Shown: in pieces, positions 1 through 7,920 of the stretch
How the letters are laid out: every line of letters starts with the position of its first letter
Numbering within the stretch: position 1 is the first letter of the stretch
NCBI GenBank assembly: GCA_028871055.1
Contig: JAGWON010000012.1
Coordinates: forward strand, 40,445 to 104,444
Reading direction: 5' to 3'
Origin: Alphaproteobacteria bacterium
GTDB taxonomy: Bacteria; Pseudomonadota; Alphaproteobacteria; ATCC43930; CGMCC-115725
Length of the DNA stretch: 64,000 nt
Position numbers and translations under genes: made by a program
Notes under the pieces: generated by a model
The model's database searches: none
What the model was told of the DNA's origin: nothing
What the model saw: only the letters and a program-made list of their open reading frames with translations

Positions 1-767
1 TCGGCCTCGGCCGGCGTTTTGGCCGGCGTTTCGACGTGCGGCTCGGCGACGGCGCCGACGTCGCCGCCCGCCGCCACCATCTCGGCCTGGAGGCCGTCGA
101 GCACAGCGCCGGCAACGAGCTCGCAATAGAGGTGCACGGCGCGCATCGCGTCGTCGTTGCCCGGGATCGGATAGATGATGCCGTCGGGCGACGAGTTGCT
201 ATCCAATACGGCAACGACGGGTATCTTGAGCCGGTTGGCCTCCTGCACCGCGATCGCCTCCTTGTTGGTGTCGATCACGAACAGGATGTCGGGCAGGCCG
301 CCCATCTCCTTGATGCCGCCCAAGGCGCGCTCGAGCTTGTCGCGGTCGCGCGACAACTCGAGGATTTCGCGCTTGGTCAGGCCGCTCTCGGGCTCGGCGA
401 TCTTCTCGTCGAGATCCTTCAGCCGCTTGATCGATTGCGAGATGGTCTTGAAGTTGGTGAGCATGCCGCCGAGCCAGCGGTGGTTGACGAAGTACTGGCC
501 GCAGCGCTTGGCGGCGTCGGCAATGGGCTCCTGCGCCTGGCGCTTGGTGCCGACGAATAGCACGCGGCCGCCGCCGGCGGCGACATCGCGCAGCGCCTGG
601 AGCGCGCGGCCCAAGAGCGGCACGGTCTCTTCGAGATTGATGATGTGCACGCCGTTGCGCACGCCGAAGATGTAGGGCGCCATCTTCGGGTTCCAGCGGC
701 GGGTGTGGTGGCCGAAATGCACGCCGGCTTCCAAGAGCTGGCGCATGGTGAAATCGGGAATCGCCAT
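1..767 (-). CDS. rpsB: 30S ribosomal protein S2 (3' end runs off the window)
   Basis: Own minus-strand translation from ATG 767-765: [52 protein letters not shown]...[30 protein letters not shown]. There is no stop before position 1, so it is absent from the ORF track. The + ORFs 36..560 and 175..675 are its antisense shadows. Confidence 0.93.
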   Translation of the reverse strand, partial: MAIPDFTMRQLLEAGVHFGHHTRRWNPKMAPYIFGVRNGVHIINLEETVPLLGRALQALRDVAAGGGRVLFVGTKRQAQEPIADAAKRCGQYFVNHRWLGGMLTNFKTISQSIKRLKDLDEKIAEPESGLTKREILELSRDRDKLERALGGIKEMGGLPDILFVIDTNKEAIAVQEANRLKIPVVAVLDSNSSPDGIIYPIPGNDDAMRAVHLYCELVAGAVLDGLQAEMVAAGGDVGAVAEPHVETPAKTPAEA

Positions 768-814
768 CGAAGGCATCCTTTCTCCGGTTAGTCCGCCGCG
801 GGGCGTGTGAACCG

Positions 815-835
815 GTCCTTCGACAAGCTCAGGAC
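815..835. repeat. REP-type palindrome GTCCTTCGACAAGCTCAGGAC in the rpsB upstream region
   Basis: 5-bp arms GTCCT/AGGAC flank TCGACAAGCTC. The same GAGCTTGTCGAAGG core recurs at 14439-14452. A second hairpin, CTCGTCC..GGACGAG, follows at about 857-880. Confidence 0.5.
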
Positions 836-973
836 CAGCACCGGAAGGGCGTCTCGTCCTTGATGCGGGACGAGGGCCAAACCCCGCGTGTGGGTTGTTG
901 AAAAGTGGGCTTTAGATAGGGGAAACGGGGCGGGAAAGCAAGCCGCCAGCAGATATCCGATTCTCGCCAGTTC

Positions 974-2821
974 TTGCTCCAAAGCATATTCATGATATGT
1001 TCTGGTGGCATTTTTCAGCTTGAGCTGGGGGGTCCCATCGTTTTCCGGACACCAAAACGGGCGGCGGTCGTAACGCCACATGCAACGATCGATTACGCCG
1101 GAGCAAAGGCCTGGGCTGCACGTGTCACCGAAAACAACAGGGCTGCATTTGCATGCGCATTTACCGAAGCCGTGATGCGCTCATGCTGGATCGCACGCGG
1201 GATAAAAAATCCGCTGCGGCCCTTTGCCAAGCCTAATCAGATTCAGCTATCCAACGAAGCGCTCATCGAAGCAGAAAAATTCGGCGCGTCACTTATTGAA
1301 CTCAGCATTGAGAACATCGTCCCGACGATCGGCGGCATCTACACTGCTTGCCTTCCGGATCACTATCGTGCAACGCACGGAATTTTCTATACGCCCCCCG
1401 AGTTGGTTCAGTGCCTGATCGGAATGGCTGAGGACGGCGGGATCGATTGGCGAGCCGCGAGAGTGCTTGATCCGGCTTGTGGCGGTGGCGCGTTTCTAGT
1501 GCCAGTCGCCATCCGAATGATTCAGGGCTTAGGTGACACAAACCGAAGCTTCGTCGTGAGGCAATTGCAGCATCGAATTCGCGGGTTCGAGTCAGACCCA
1601 TTCGGCGCTTGGCTTGCGCAACGCATGCTCGAATTAGCTCTTCGCGACATCGGCTACGCAAACGAACTGCCGGAGTTCATCGAGAACAGAGATAGTCTGG
1701 ATCTCAGATCGGTTGACGAGGCAAAGTACGATTTGGTAATCGGTAACCCGCCCTACGGGAAAGTGTCTCTTTCACTAGGGCGCCGTGCCATATTCCGCAG
1801 AAGTGTTCACGGGCACGCAAACCTTTATGGCGTTTTCACCGACGCCGCGCTTAGATGGTCGAAACCAGGAGGTCTAATCGCATACGTCACACCGACGTCG
1901 ATGCTGTCTGGCCTATATTTTAAAGCGTTGCGATCGCTGCTGGCCTCTGAAGCTCCCCCTCTTTCGGTAAATTTTGTCTCCGAGCGCTCGGGCATCTTCG
2001 CCGATGTTCTTCAAGAGACGATGCTTGCCACCTATCGGCGGAAGGGAAATCCACACGGTGGCCGTGTCGGTTTCATTGAGTTTAATGAAAAAGGACGGGC
2101 AGTTGTTCGCAAGACCGGCACAGTGTCACTTCCGGCCCATGGAAGCGCCCCATGGATTCTGCCTCGGTCCACGAAGCAATCCGCGCTGACGCGACGGCTA
2201 GCGTTCATGCCTTATCGGCTCAGACATTACGGGTACAGCGTTTCGACGGGCCCCCTCGTCTGGAATCGATTTCGTCCCCAATTTCGCGAACAGCAAACTA
2301 AGAACACCCACCCAGTAATTTGGGCGGAGAGTGTAACGCCCGACGGGCGGTTTGTATGGCGTAGCGAGAAACGCAACCACGTGCCGTGGTTTGCGGTCAG
2401 CAGACCCAAGGATGGCTGGTTAATCGTCGACCGCGCATGCATTCTAGTGCAGCGGACAACCGCGAAAGAGCAATCGAGGCGACTTATTGCGGCCGAGCTA
2501 CCGTCCCGATTTATACGTCAGCACAACGGCGTGCTTGTGGAAAATCACCTCAACATGGTGCGCCCTTCGGAGACCAATCCGGCGGTGCCAGCCGCCGTTA
2601 TAGCGGCACTCCTAAACAGTAAGGCCGTTGACGCTGCCTTCCGATGCATTAATGGGTCGGTCGCGGTTTCGGCGTTCGAGCTAGAAGAGTTGCCGCTTCC
2701 GTCGCCGACGGTGCTTGAAAAAGTGAGACGACTCCTCGCATCCAACGCAGCACAGGACAAAATCGAAACAGCGATCGCCGCCGCATATTACCAGGGGCAT
2801 CATGCTGCCGGCTCTGCTTGA
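974..2821 (+). CDS. Type II N6-adenine DNA methyltransferase (gamma class, Eco57I/PstI-methylase-like)
   Basis: 615-aa ORF with motif I LDPACGGGAFL and motif IV VIGNPPYGK. The probable true start is ATG 1175 (MRSCWIARG...). GC is visibly lower than the flanks. It overlaps the downstream endonuclease ORF by 20 nt. Confidence 0.85.
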   Translation: MLQSIFMICSGGIFQLELGGPIVFRTPKRAAVVTPHATIDYAGAKAWAARVTENNRAAFACAFTEAVMRSCWIARGIKNPLRPFAKPNQIQLSNEALIEAEKFGASLIELSIENIVPTIGGIYTACLPDHYRATHGIFYTPPELVQCLIGMAEDGGIDWRAARVLDPACGGGAFLVPVAIRMIQGLGDTNRSFVVRQLQHRIRGFESDPFGAWLAQRMLELALRDIGYANELPEFIENRDSLDLRSVDEAKYDLVIGNPPYGKVSLSLGRRAIFRRSVHGHANLYGVFTDAALRWSKPGGLIAYVTPTSMLSGLYFKALRSLLASEAPPLSVNFVSERSGIFADVLQETMLATYRRKGNPHGGRVGFIEFNEKGRAVVRKTGTVSLPAHGSAPWILPRSTKQSALTRRLAFMPYRLRHYGYSVSTGPLVWNRFRPQFREQQTKNTHPVIWAESVTPDGRFVWRSEKRNHVPWFAVSRPKDGWLIVDRACILVQRTTAKEQSRRLIAAELPSRFIRQHNGVLVENHLNMVRPSETNPAVPAAVIAALLNSKAVDAAFRCINGSVAVSAFELEELPLPSPTVLEKVRRLLASNAAQDKIETAIAAAYYQGHHAAGSA

Positions 2822-3875
2822 AATAGAAAAAATTCGAGAGCGGCTGCAAATCATTTTCCCTGAGGGGACACCAGAGCGCAGCAAGTGCACCGGTCTCGCC
2901 GCTGCCCGCACGATCTTTACAATGCTCTATGTCGGCGCAATTGAGGGCGGCGTTTGGCTCTCACCAAATTTTGTTTATCGGATGGGCCAGAGCCAAGCTA
3001 GAAAGACGAGCGACAAAAGTCGATTGGCTTACCTCGATGCGGTGCAGAAACCAGGCACGCCAGAGCCGAAAGACCGTTGGTACAAAGAAAACACCCGAGA
3101 ATCGATTAGAGACGAAGTCTTACGGAATGGGCTTGTGGCGATCGGTGCAGTGTTGACCAACCCAGAAGTTCCAACTACGTCGAGTAAGGGTCGTTACACC
3201 CTCCGTAGTGACCTTGCAGAACTTTTTGATCCAAAGCTTTCGGCCGAAACATTCCTCGAGACCGCTGAGAACTGGCGCAAAAGACATCTGACCGCCAACG
3301 CGCTTGCGACGGTACAGATCCTTCGGATTGCGGCTGCCGGTGCGAAGACAAAAGTCTCCGTAAAATTGCCCAATGGCGAGGCGCGAGTTTTGAGCCCTGG
3401 ATTATCGTCAATAATTACAAAGGCTGTCGTCGAAGTCTTCGGGACAATGTTTCTTGTGAATCCAGCTGTGCTTTGGATTTCCGAAAGCGGAAACAAGGTC
3501 GTCGAGGAGAATGATCAATTTCTGAAGAAATTAGGAATCAAAATCGAACCCGAAAAAGTGCTACCGGATGTGATCCTTGCGGACACCTCCGAAGGACGCA
3601 CACATTTCATATTCGTTGAGGTTGTCTCGTCCGATGGGCCAATCCATGAAACCCGTCGACGTGATCTGCTCAAGTTAGCGACGCTAGCCGGATACAGCCC
3701 TGAGCAGGTATTGTTCGTCACAGCATTTCAGAGTCGCTCTCATCACGCGTTTAAGAAAACGATCGCCAGCCTCGCATGGGGTTCCTTCGCGTGGTGCTTC
3801 GCCGAGCCAGACCACATAATCGCTTTCGATGGAACCGTCGCAGGAGCGCCGCGAAAGTTATGCGAATTTATCTGA
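2802..3875 (+). CDS. Type II restriction endonuclease, BsuBI/PstI-like
   Basis: 357-aa ORF coupled to the methylase. The C-terminal LPDVILADTSEGRTHFIFVEVVSSDGPIHETRRRDLL looks like the PD-(D/E)xK core of the BsuBI/PstI family, which pairs with this methylase class. The family call is from memory and was not searched. Confidence 0.6.
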   Translation: MLPALLEIEKIRERLQIIFPEGTPERSKCTGLAAARTIFTMLYVGAIEGGVWLSPNFVYRMGQSQARKTSDKSRLAYLDAVQKPGTPEPKDRWYKENTRESIRDEVLRNGLVAIGAVLTNPEVPTTSSKGRYTLRSDLAELFDPKLSAETFLETAENWRKRHLTANALATVQILRIAAAGAKTKVSVKLPNGEARVLSPGLSSIITKAVVEVFGTMFLVNPAVLWISESGNKVVEENDQFLKKLGIKIEPEKVLPDVILADTSEGRTHFIFVEVVSSDGPIHETRRRDLLKLATLAGYSPEQVLFVTAFQSRSHHAFKKTIASLAWGSFAWCFAEPDHIIAFDGTVAGAPRKLCEFI

Positions 3876-3989
3876 AGAGACGATCCTCATCGCTTCGTCT
3901 TCGGCTGGGTTCCGTCGTAGCCGGCTGAGCGCTTACTCATAGTCTTTGGGATTTAGATGAGCCGGTCGAGGAACGCCGATCATATGCCG

Positions 3990-4871
3990 CTATTCGGCCG
4001 CCAATATTTCGTTGGCAAATGCGCCCTCCTCTGCCGTCGGAAATTGGTCCCAAGTCCTGCCATCCAACTCGCGGCCAGCCGCATGCTTGCCCACGCGCAC
4101 AACTGTTGACGCTTTGCCGAAGGAATCAAAAACGCGGAGTCTTTTTGCGCTGACGCCTGCATCCAGCCGGTCGGGACACCACTGGCCCCACTGCTTGAAG
4201 TGGAACGCGACGTCGGCCCGCTTACATTGGTCGCGCAGCGATCTCACCCACTCGGGATTCATCGGTCGCGCCTTCGAGCCGCTCTCGCCGCCGGCAATGA
4301 CCCAATTGATGCCGTGCTCGCTTCTTTCGCGACCCATCCAGCGCGACAAATCGAGATGACCGACCAACGGTTCGCACGAAACGAACCGCACGACAGCAGG
4401 ATGTTCCAGCAGGATCGGAATACGCCGGTTTGCCCACAGCTGATTCTCGGCCGTCGTTCCGAGCCAAACGTTGGGCGGCCAGCGGTTGCCCCAGGGCGCC
4501 TTTTCGGCAATCTGCTCAGGCCGCTTCGTGAGCAGCAACCAGTCGAGTGCGGGCGTTGCCTCGATTAGCGCCCAGAGGCGCTCGCGCATCCAGTCGAGAT
4601 CGCTCCGCGCCTCGAACACGTCCGCCATCGAAGCGCAAAAAACTCGCCGCCGCGTTTTTGACGCGACCGCTTCTGCGTTCCACCGGACCGGCTCGCGCCA
4701 ATGAGCATCACTGAAAAAGCGCCGTTCGTTTCGCGCGCCCCAAATATCGAGACCGACGCGCCGCGACCATGTCTCCGCATAACAGTGTTTGCAGCCAGCG
4801 GAGACCTTCACGCATCCCCACCAGGGATTGAATGTGTGATGAGTCCACTCAATTGCGGAGTTTTTTCCCAC
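3990..4871 (-). CDS. DUF5131 / phage Gp37-Gp68 family protein
   Basis: AIEWTHHTFNPWWGCVKVSAGCKHCYAE three-Cys N-terminus and FHFKQWGQW...LDGRTWDQFP C-terminus. The ORF is open to 4994, but the likely start is GTG 4871, after GGAGG at 4888-4884. Confidence 0.8.
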   Translation of the reverse strand: MGKNSAIEWTHHTFNPWWGCVKVSAGCKHCYAETWSRRVGLDIWGARNERRFFSDAHWREPVRWNAEAVASKTRRRVFCASMADVFEARSDLDWMRERLWALIEATPALDWLLLTKRPEQIAEKAPWGNRWPPNVWLGTTAENQLWANRRIPILLEHPAVVRFVSCEPLVGHLDLSRWMGRERSEHGINWVIAGGESGSKARPMNPEWVRSLRDQCKRADVAFHFKQWGQWCPDRLDAGVSAKRLRVFDSFGKASTVVRVGKHAAGRELDGRTWDQFPTAEEGAFANEILAAE

Positions 4872-4904
4872 GGTGTGCCCTCGCCTCCAGCGCGGATGCA
4901 CCTT

Positions 4905-4912
4905 ATAGCATT
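4905..4912. repeat. Left 8-bp target-site duplication ATAGCATT
   Basis: Identical octamer directly abuts both inverted repeats (4905-4912 and 7913-7920). Confidence 0.85.
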
Positions 4913-4935
4913 GGGGATTATATACTTGACAAAGT
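4913..4935. repeat. IRL GGGGATTATATACTTGACAAAGT
   Basis: Matches the reverse complement of 7890-7912 at 22 of 23 positions. Confidence 0.88.
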
Positions 4936-4954
4936 GAGGCCCAACCCCTATATT
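4926..4954 (+). promoter_or_regulatory. Near-consensus sigma70-type promoter for the transposase (TTGACA-17 nt-TATATT)
   Basis: TTGACA at 4926-4931, a 17-nt spacer, then TATATT at 4949-4954. A purine-rich GATAGGGGG precedes ATG 4978. The -35 element lies inside IRL. Confidence 0.5.
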
Positions 4955-4977
4955 TAGGCCATGGATAGGGGGCTTTT

Positions 4978-5910
4978 ATGACCGCAGACCTCACGAACCC
5001 GGTATTTCAGGACGAAGCCAAGGCCCGCGAGTGGCTTGAAGCGAGCCGCTGGCCGAATGGGGCGATCTGCCCGCATTGCAGGGCTACGGGCGAGCGCGTG
5101 AAGCGCCTTGAAGGCAAGGTTGGACGCCCCGGCCTGTGGCAGTGCTACGAGTGCGACCAGCAATTCACGGTCACGGTCGGCACGCTCTACGAGCGCAGCC
5201 ATATCCCGCTGCACAAGTGGCTTCTCGCGACCCACCTTCTCACCTCGTCCAAGAAAGGCATCTCGGCGCACCAGCTGCACCGCATGTTGGGCATCACCTA
5301 CAAGTCGGCCTGGTTCATGGCGCACCGCATCCGCGAGGCGATGGGCGACAGCGGCGAGACGCCGATGGGTTCGGGCGGCGGCACGGTAGAGGCCGACGAA
5401 ACCTACATCGGTCGCAAGCCCGCTCGCGCGAAGCGCACCGGCCACGGCCACAAGCTGGCCGTCATGTCTCTGGTCGAGCGCGGTGGCGGAGTTCGTTCGT
5501 TCCATGTTGATGACGTGAGCGCCGCGACCTTGCGCCCGATCTTGGATAAGAACGTCTCGCGTGACGCGCACCTTATGTCCGACGAAGCCAAGACCTACAC
5601 CGAGATTGGCTGGAATTTCGCTTCGCACAAGACCGTGCGCCACGGCATTGACGAATACGTTCGAGGCACCGCGCACACGAACACGATTGAGGGCTTCTTT
5701 TCGATCTTCAAGCGCGGGATGAAGGGCGTTTATCAGCACTGCGGCGAGCAGCACCTTCATCGCTACTTGAAGGAATTTGACTTCCGCTATTCCAACCGCA
5801 AGGTCACCGATGCCGAGCGCGCCCGCAAGGCGCTCAAGGGCATCGAAGGAAAGCGCCTCACCTATCGGCGGACTAGTCAGCGGCTCGCGCGCCCGCAAGC
5901 TCAAGCTTAG
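4978..5910 (+). CDS. IS1595-family transposase (Zn-ribbon + ISXO2-like DDE domain)
   Basis: CPHCRATGERVKRLEGKVGRPGLWQCYECDQQFTVTVGTLYERSHIPLHKWL zinc ribbon. VEADETYIG, HLMSDEAKTY and HTNTIEGFFS catalytic blocks. Confidence 0.92.
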   Translation: MTADLTNPVFQDEAKAREWLEASRWPNGAICPHCRATGERVKRLEGKVGRPGLWQCYECDQQFTVTVGTLYERSHIPLHKWLLATHLLTSSKKGISAHQLHRMLGITYKSAWFMAHRIREAMGDSGETPMGSGGGTVEADETYIGRKPARAKRTGHGHKLAVMSLVERGGGVRSFHVDDVSAATLRPILDKNVSRDAHLMSDEAKTYTEIGWNFASHKTVRHGIDEYVRGTAHTNTIEGFFSIFKRGMKGVYQHCGEQHLHRYLKEFDFRYSNRKVTDAERARKALKGIEGKRLTYRRTSQRLARPQAQA

Positions 5911-6057
5911 TCGCGGCGACTACCAGAAGCTTTTGAAGATCGCCGAAATTCTGGACTGGCTGGATAACACCTAGCCCGAGTCGGGCGAGTCGCGCCCCGG
6001 ACTCGGATTCCGAAAATCCGCGTGATACCGTGAACGAAAGGGAGAGGGGCCGGGATC

Positions 6058-6363
6058 GTGAGTCCCGGCACCCTCATACGCCGCAGCCAGAGCCACCAGT
6101 GCGGCGCAGTTGGTGTTTGGCGGCTCGTCACCTATGGAGCGAGCAAGCCCGTGTCAGGATTTTTCGACGGCCAGAGCCTCACGATCAAATGTCCCGCCTG
6201 CGGCCACAGCCATCAAAAGACGATCGCTTGGCTTAAGACGAACGACAATCTCGCCTGCGTCTGCGGCAAGAGCATCCACCTCGACAAGAAAGGCTTCGAC
6301 GGGCCGCTCAAGAACGCCGAGGACGCGATCACGGACTTCAAGCGGCAATTTGGCGGTCGTTAA
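6058..6363 (+). CDS. Passenger ORF, small zinc-ribbon protein (hypothetical)
   Basis: GTG start after GGGAGAGGGG. CPACGHSHQKTIAWLKTNDNLACVCGKS is a four-Cys arrangement. No family recognised. Confidence 0.45.
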   Translation: MSPGTLIRRSQSHQCGAVGVWRLVTYGASKPVSGFFDGQSLTIKCPACGHSHQKTIAWLKTNDNLACVCGKSIHLDKKGFDGPLKNAEDAITDFKRQFGGR

Positions 6364-6439
6364 CGCGATAACCGCCGAGGCATCGCAGCGAAGCCGGAGA
6401 GTGTATTCAGTCTGCATGGCGGCACACAGGGGATAGGTT

Positions 6440-6808
6440 ATGGAAAAGCGGCAAACCTTGGTATTCGACACGAAATACGGGCCTTGCGCGCCCGAGGAGA
6501 TGTTCGGTTTCAATCGCGCGGACTCAATCGAATGGGCGCGCGGTCGAGAGGGCGATACCCGGCGGCGATTGATGGAATTGAGAAATCAATTCCGCGACAG
6601 GCTCCGTAGAGATTTTCCGCAAGATCACACGTTATCGGTGCTTGTGGACAATGACGACTTAACCTACTTCCTCGACTTGCTGGGCCAAATCTGCGAGCGC
6701 GAATACAGCGCACCGTTGCGCGCAATGGGGCTGTTCTATTGCGAACTACTCAAGTCGGAAATGAATTTGGATCTTCACCCGTCGGTATTTAACGCGGAGC
6801 GCGTTTAG
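6440..6808 (+). CDS. Passenger ORF, hypothetical 122-aa protein
   Basis: ATG after AGGGGATAGG. Mixed-charge, non-repetitive sequence (MEKRQTLVFDTKYGPCAPEEMFGFNRADSIEWARG...). No family recognised. Confidence 0.45.
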   Translation: MEKRQTLVFDTKYGPCAPEEMFGFNRADSIEWARGREGDTRRRLMELRNQFRDRLRRDFPQDHTLSVLVDNDDLTYFLDLLGQICEREYSAPLRAMGLFYCELLKSEMNLDLHPSVFNAERV

Positions 6809-6938
6809 TTCCTGTCGGGCGCGGGCGGCGCGACCTGGATTTGCGTTTCTGCTTCAACGGCGCGTGAGGCTTGTGCGGCGTAGCCAAAAATCGCTGCACC
6901 ACGCGCTGAAATTCGGGGGCCTTGGTTGGATCGTCCAT
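6789..6938 (-). CDS. Passenger small ORF (49 aa), basic C-terminal tail
   Basis: MDDPTKAPEFQRVVQRFLATPHKPHAPLKQKRKSRSRRPRPTGTKRAPR. Its ATG lies 1 nt after the stop of the 6940..7122 ORF (TAGAATG). Confidence 0.3.
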   Translation of the reverse strand: MDDPTKAPEFQRVVQRFLATPHKPHAPLKQKRKSRSRRPRPTGTKRAPR

Positions 6939-6939
6939 T

Positions 6940-7122
6940 CTATTCCTCGGCGGCGATGCGCTTCGCTTCGATGCGAGCATCATGCCGCAGCCGCTTCCAA
7001 AACCCGCGCTTGATCCGCGCGACGACGCCGCGCTTGAAAGGAACCATGCGCCGGCCACGTCGAGTGAGGGCGTCATACTCACTGCCCCGGATCATCTTTT
7101 CCCGCGTGCCCATCATCGGCAT
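6940..7122 (-). CDS. Passenger small ORF (60 aa), basic
   Basis: MPMMGTREKMIRGSEYDALTRRGRRMVPFKRGVVARIKRGFWKRLRHDARIEAKRIAAEE. Start chosen at the internal ATG 7122 of the listed 83-aa ORF. Confidence 0.3.
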   Translation of the reverse strand: MPMMGTREKMIRGSEYDALTRRGRRMVPFKRGVVARIKRGFWKRLRHDARIEAKRIAAEE

Positions 7123-7127
7123 CAATA

Positions 7128-7736
7128 ATGGCACCAGAAATTGAAAATCTCCAGTCGAGGGTTCGCACCATGAAAAAGCCGGCGGCACCACAGGGATTGA
7201 AATTCGTCTTTAGTGCTGAACCGCCGGTCGCTCTGGCCGCCAAAGATCAAGAATTGACCGAATTACTGACGGTCGTAAATCTCGAATGGGAACGGCTTGA
7301 AAACCTATTATTCAAACTTTTTGCGCTCCTGTTGGACTGCCCGTGGCAGTGCAGCAGAACGATATATTTCGTCCACCAAAATCATCGGGCGCGGCGCGAT
7401 ATGATTGCGGCGCTCGCGGAATTGGTGCTCGCCAAAAAGACCGGCGAACTGGAGAAGGTCAGAAGCTTCCTGCGGCGAGCCAAAACCGCATCATCGAACC
7501 GGAACTCGATCATTCATGCCGTCTGGGCTGTTGCCGACATCGAAGGAAAGTCGGAACTAGTCCGTCAACCCGTCGATCCGAATCTGGTCAAGCAACATAA
7601 CGGCGGACTTACGAGGGCTGACATTAAACGCGCGTTTGAGCAGATTCACTCACTCAGCAAAGACCTGGCCGCCGATGTTGAACAGCGGTTCATGGAGCGA
7701 TTCAAGATCGGTGCGCTGTTCGTGTTTTATCCATAG
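7128..7736 (+). CDS. Passenger ORF, HEPN-like all-helical protein (R-x4-H motif RNSIIH)
   Basis: Likely start is ATG 7170 (MKKPAAP). FLRRAKTASSNRNSIIHAVW carries the R-[N]-x3-H signature of HEPN RNase domains (AbiU2/AbiV-like size and layout). Motif-level call only. Confidence 0.45.
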   Translation: MAPEIENLQSRVRTMKKPAAPQGLKFVFSAEPPVALAAKDQELTELLTVVNLEWERLENLLFKLFALLLDCPWQCSRTIYFVHQNHRARRDMIAALAELVLAKKTGELEKVRSFLRRAKTASSNRNSIIHAVWAVADIEGKSELVRQPVDPNLVKQHNGGLTRADIKRAFEQIHSLSKDLAADVEQRFMERFKIGALFVFYP

Positions 7737-7836
7737 CGCGATAAATTGCGCGCACCGTTTCGTCGGTGCCGAGACTGACGACCGGAAATTCGTCGCCGAC
7801 CTCGGCGCGCCATGCCGCGATCCCTGCCTCGACCAT
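7702..7836 (-). CDS. Passenger small ORF (44 aa)
   Basis: MVEAGIAAWRAEVGDEFPVVSLGTDETVRAIYRAMDKTRTAHRS. The listed 70-aa version starts inside the IR/TSD and was trimmed. Convergently overlaps 7128..7736 by 35 nt. Confidence 0.25.
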   Translation of the reverse strand: MVEAGIAAWRAEVGDEFPVVSLGTDETVRAIYRAMDKTRTAHRS

Positions 7837-7889
7837 GGCGGGCGTGATCTTGATGGATGTGGGGCGGTGCTTATCTACGGATTGATGGG

Positions 7890-7912
7890 ACTTTTTCAAG
7901 TATATAATCCCC
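7890..7912. repeat. IRR (reverse complement GGGGATTATATACTTGAAAAAGT)
   Basis: See IRL. Confidence 0.88.
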
Positions 7913-7920
7913 ATAGCATT
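7913..7920. repeat. Right 8-bp target-site duplication ATAGCATT
   Basis: Identical to 4905-4912. Confidence 0.85.

Larger units (their letters stand above)
4913..7912 (+). mobile_element. IS1595-family insertion sequence carrying passenger genes (3000 bp)
   Basis: 23-nt terminal inverted repeats, 22/23 identical. 8-bp direct duplication. An IS1595-type transposase sits at the left end. About 2 kb of extra ORFs lie between the transposase and the right IR. Confidence 0.88.

Noticed and set aside
4954-5904. 316-aa minus-strand ORF inside the IS
   Set aside because: Antisense shadow of the IS1595 transposase. No motifs.
7837-7914. N-terminal 26 codons of the 70-aa ORF starting at 7914
   Set aside because: The start codon would lie in the target duplication/IRR and the codons simply read the inverted repeat. 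Trimmed to ATG 7836, and still low confidence.
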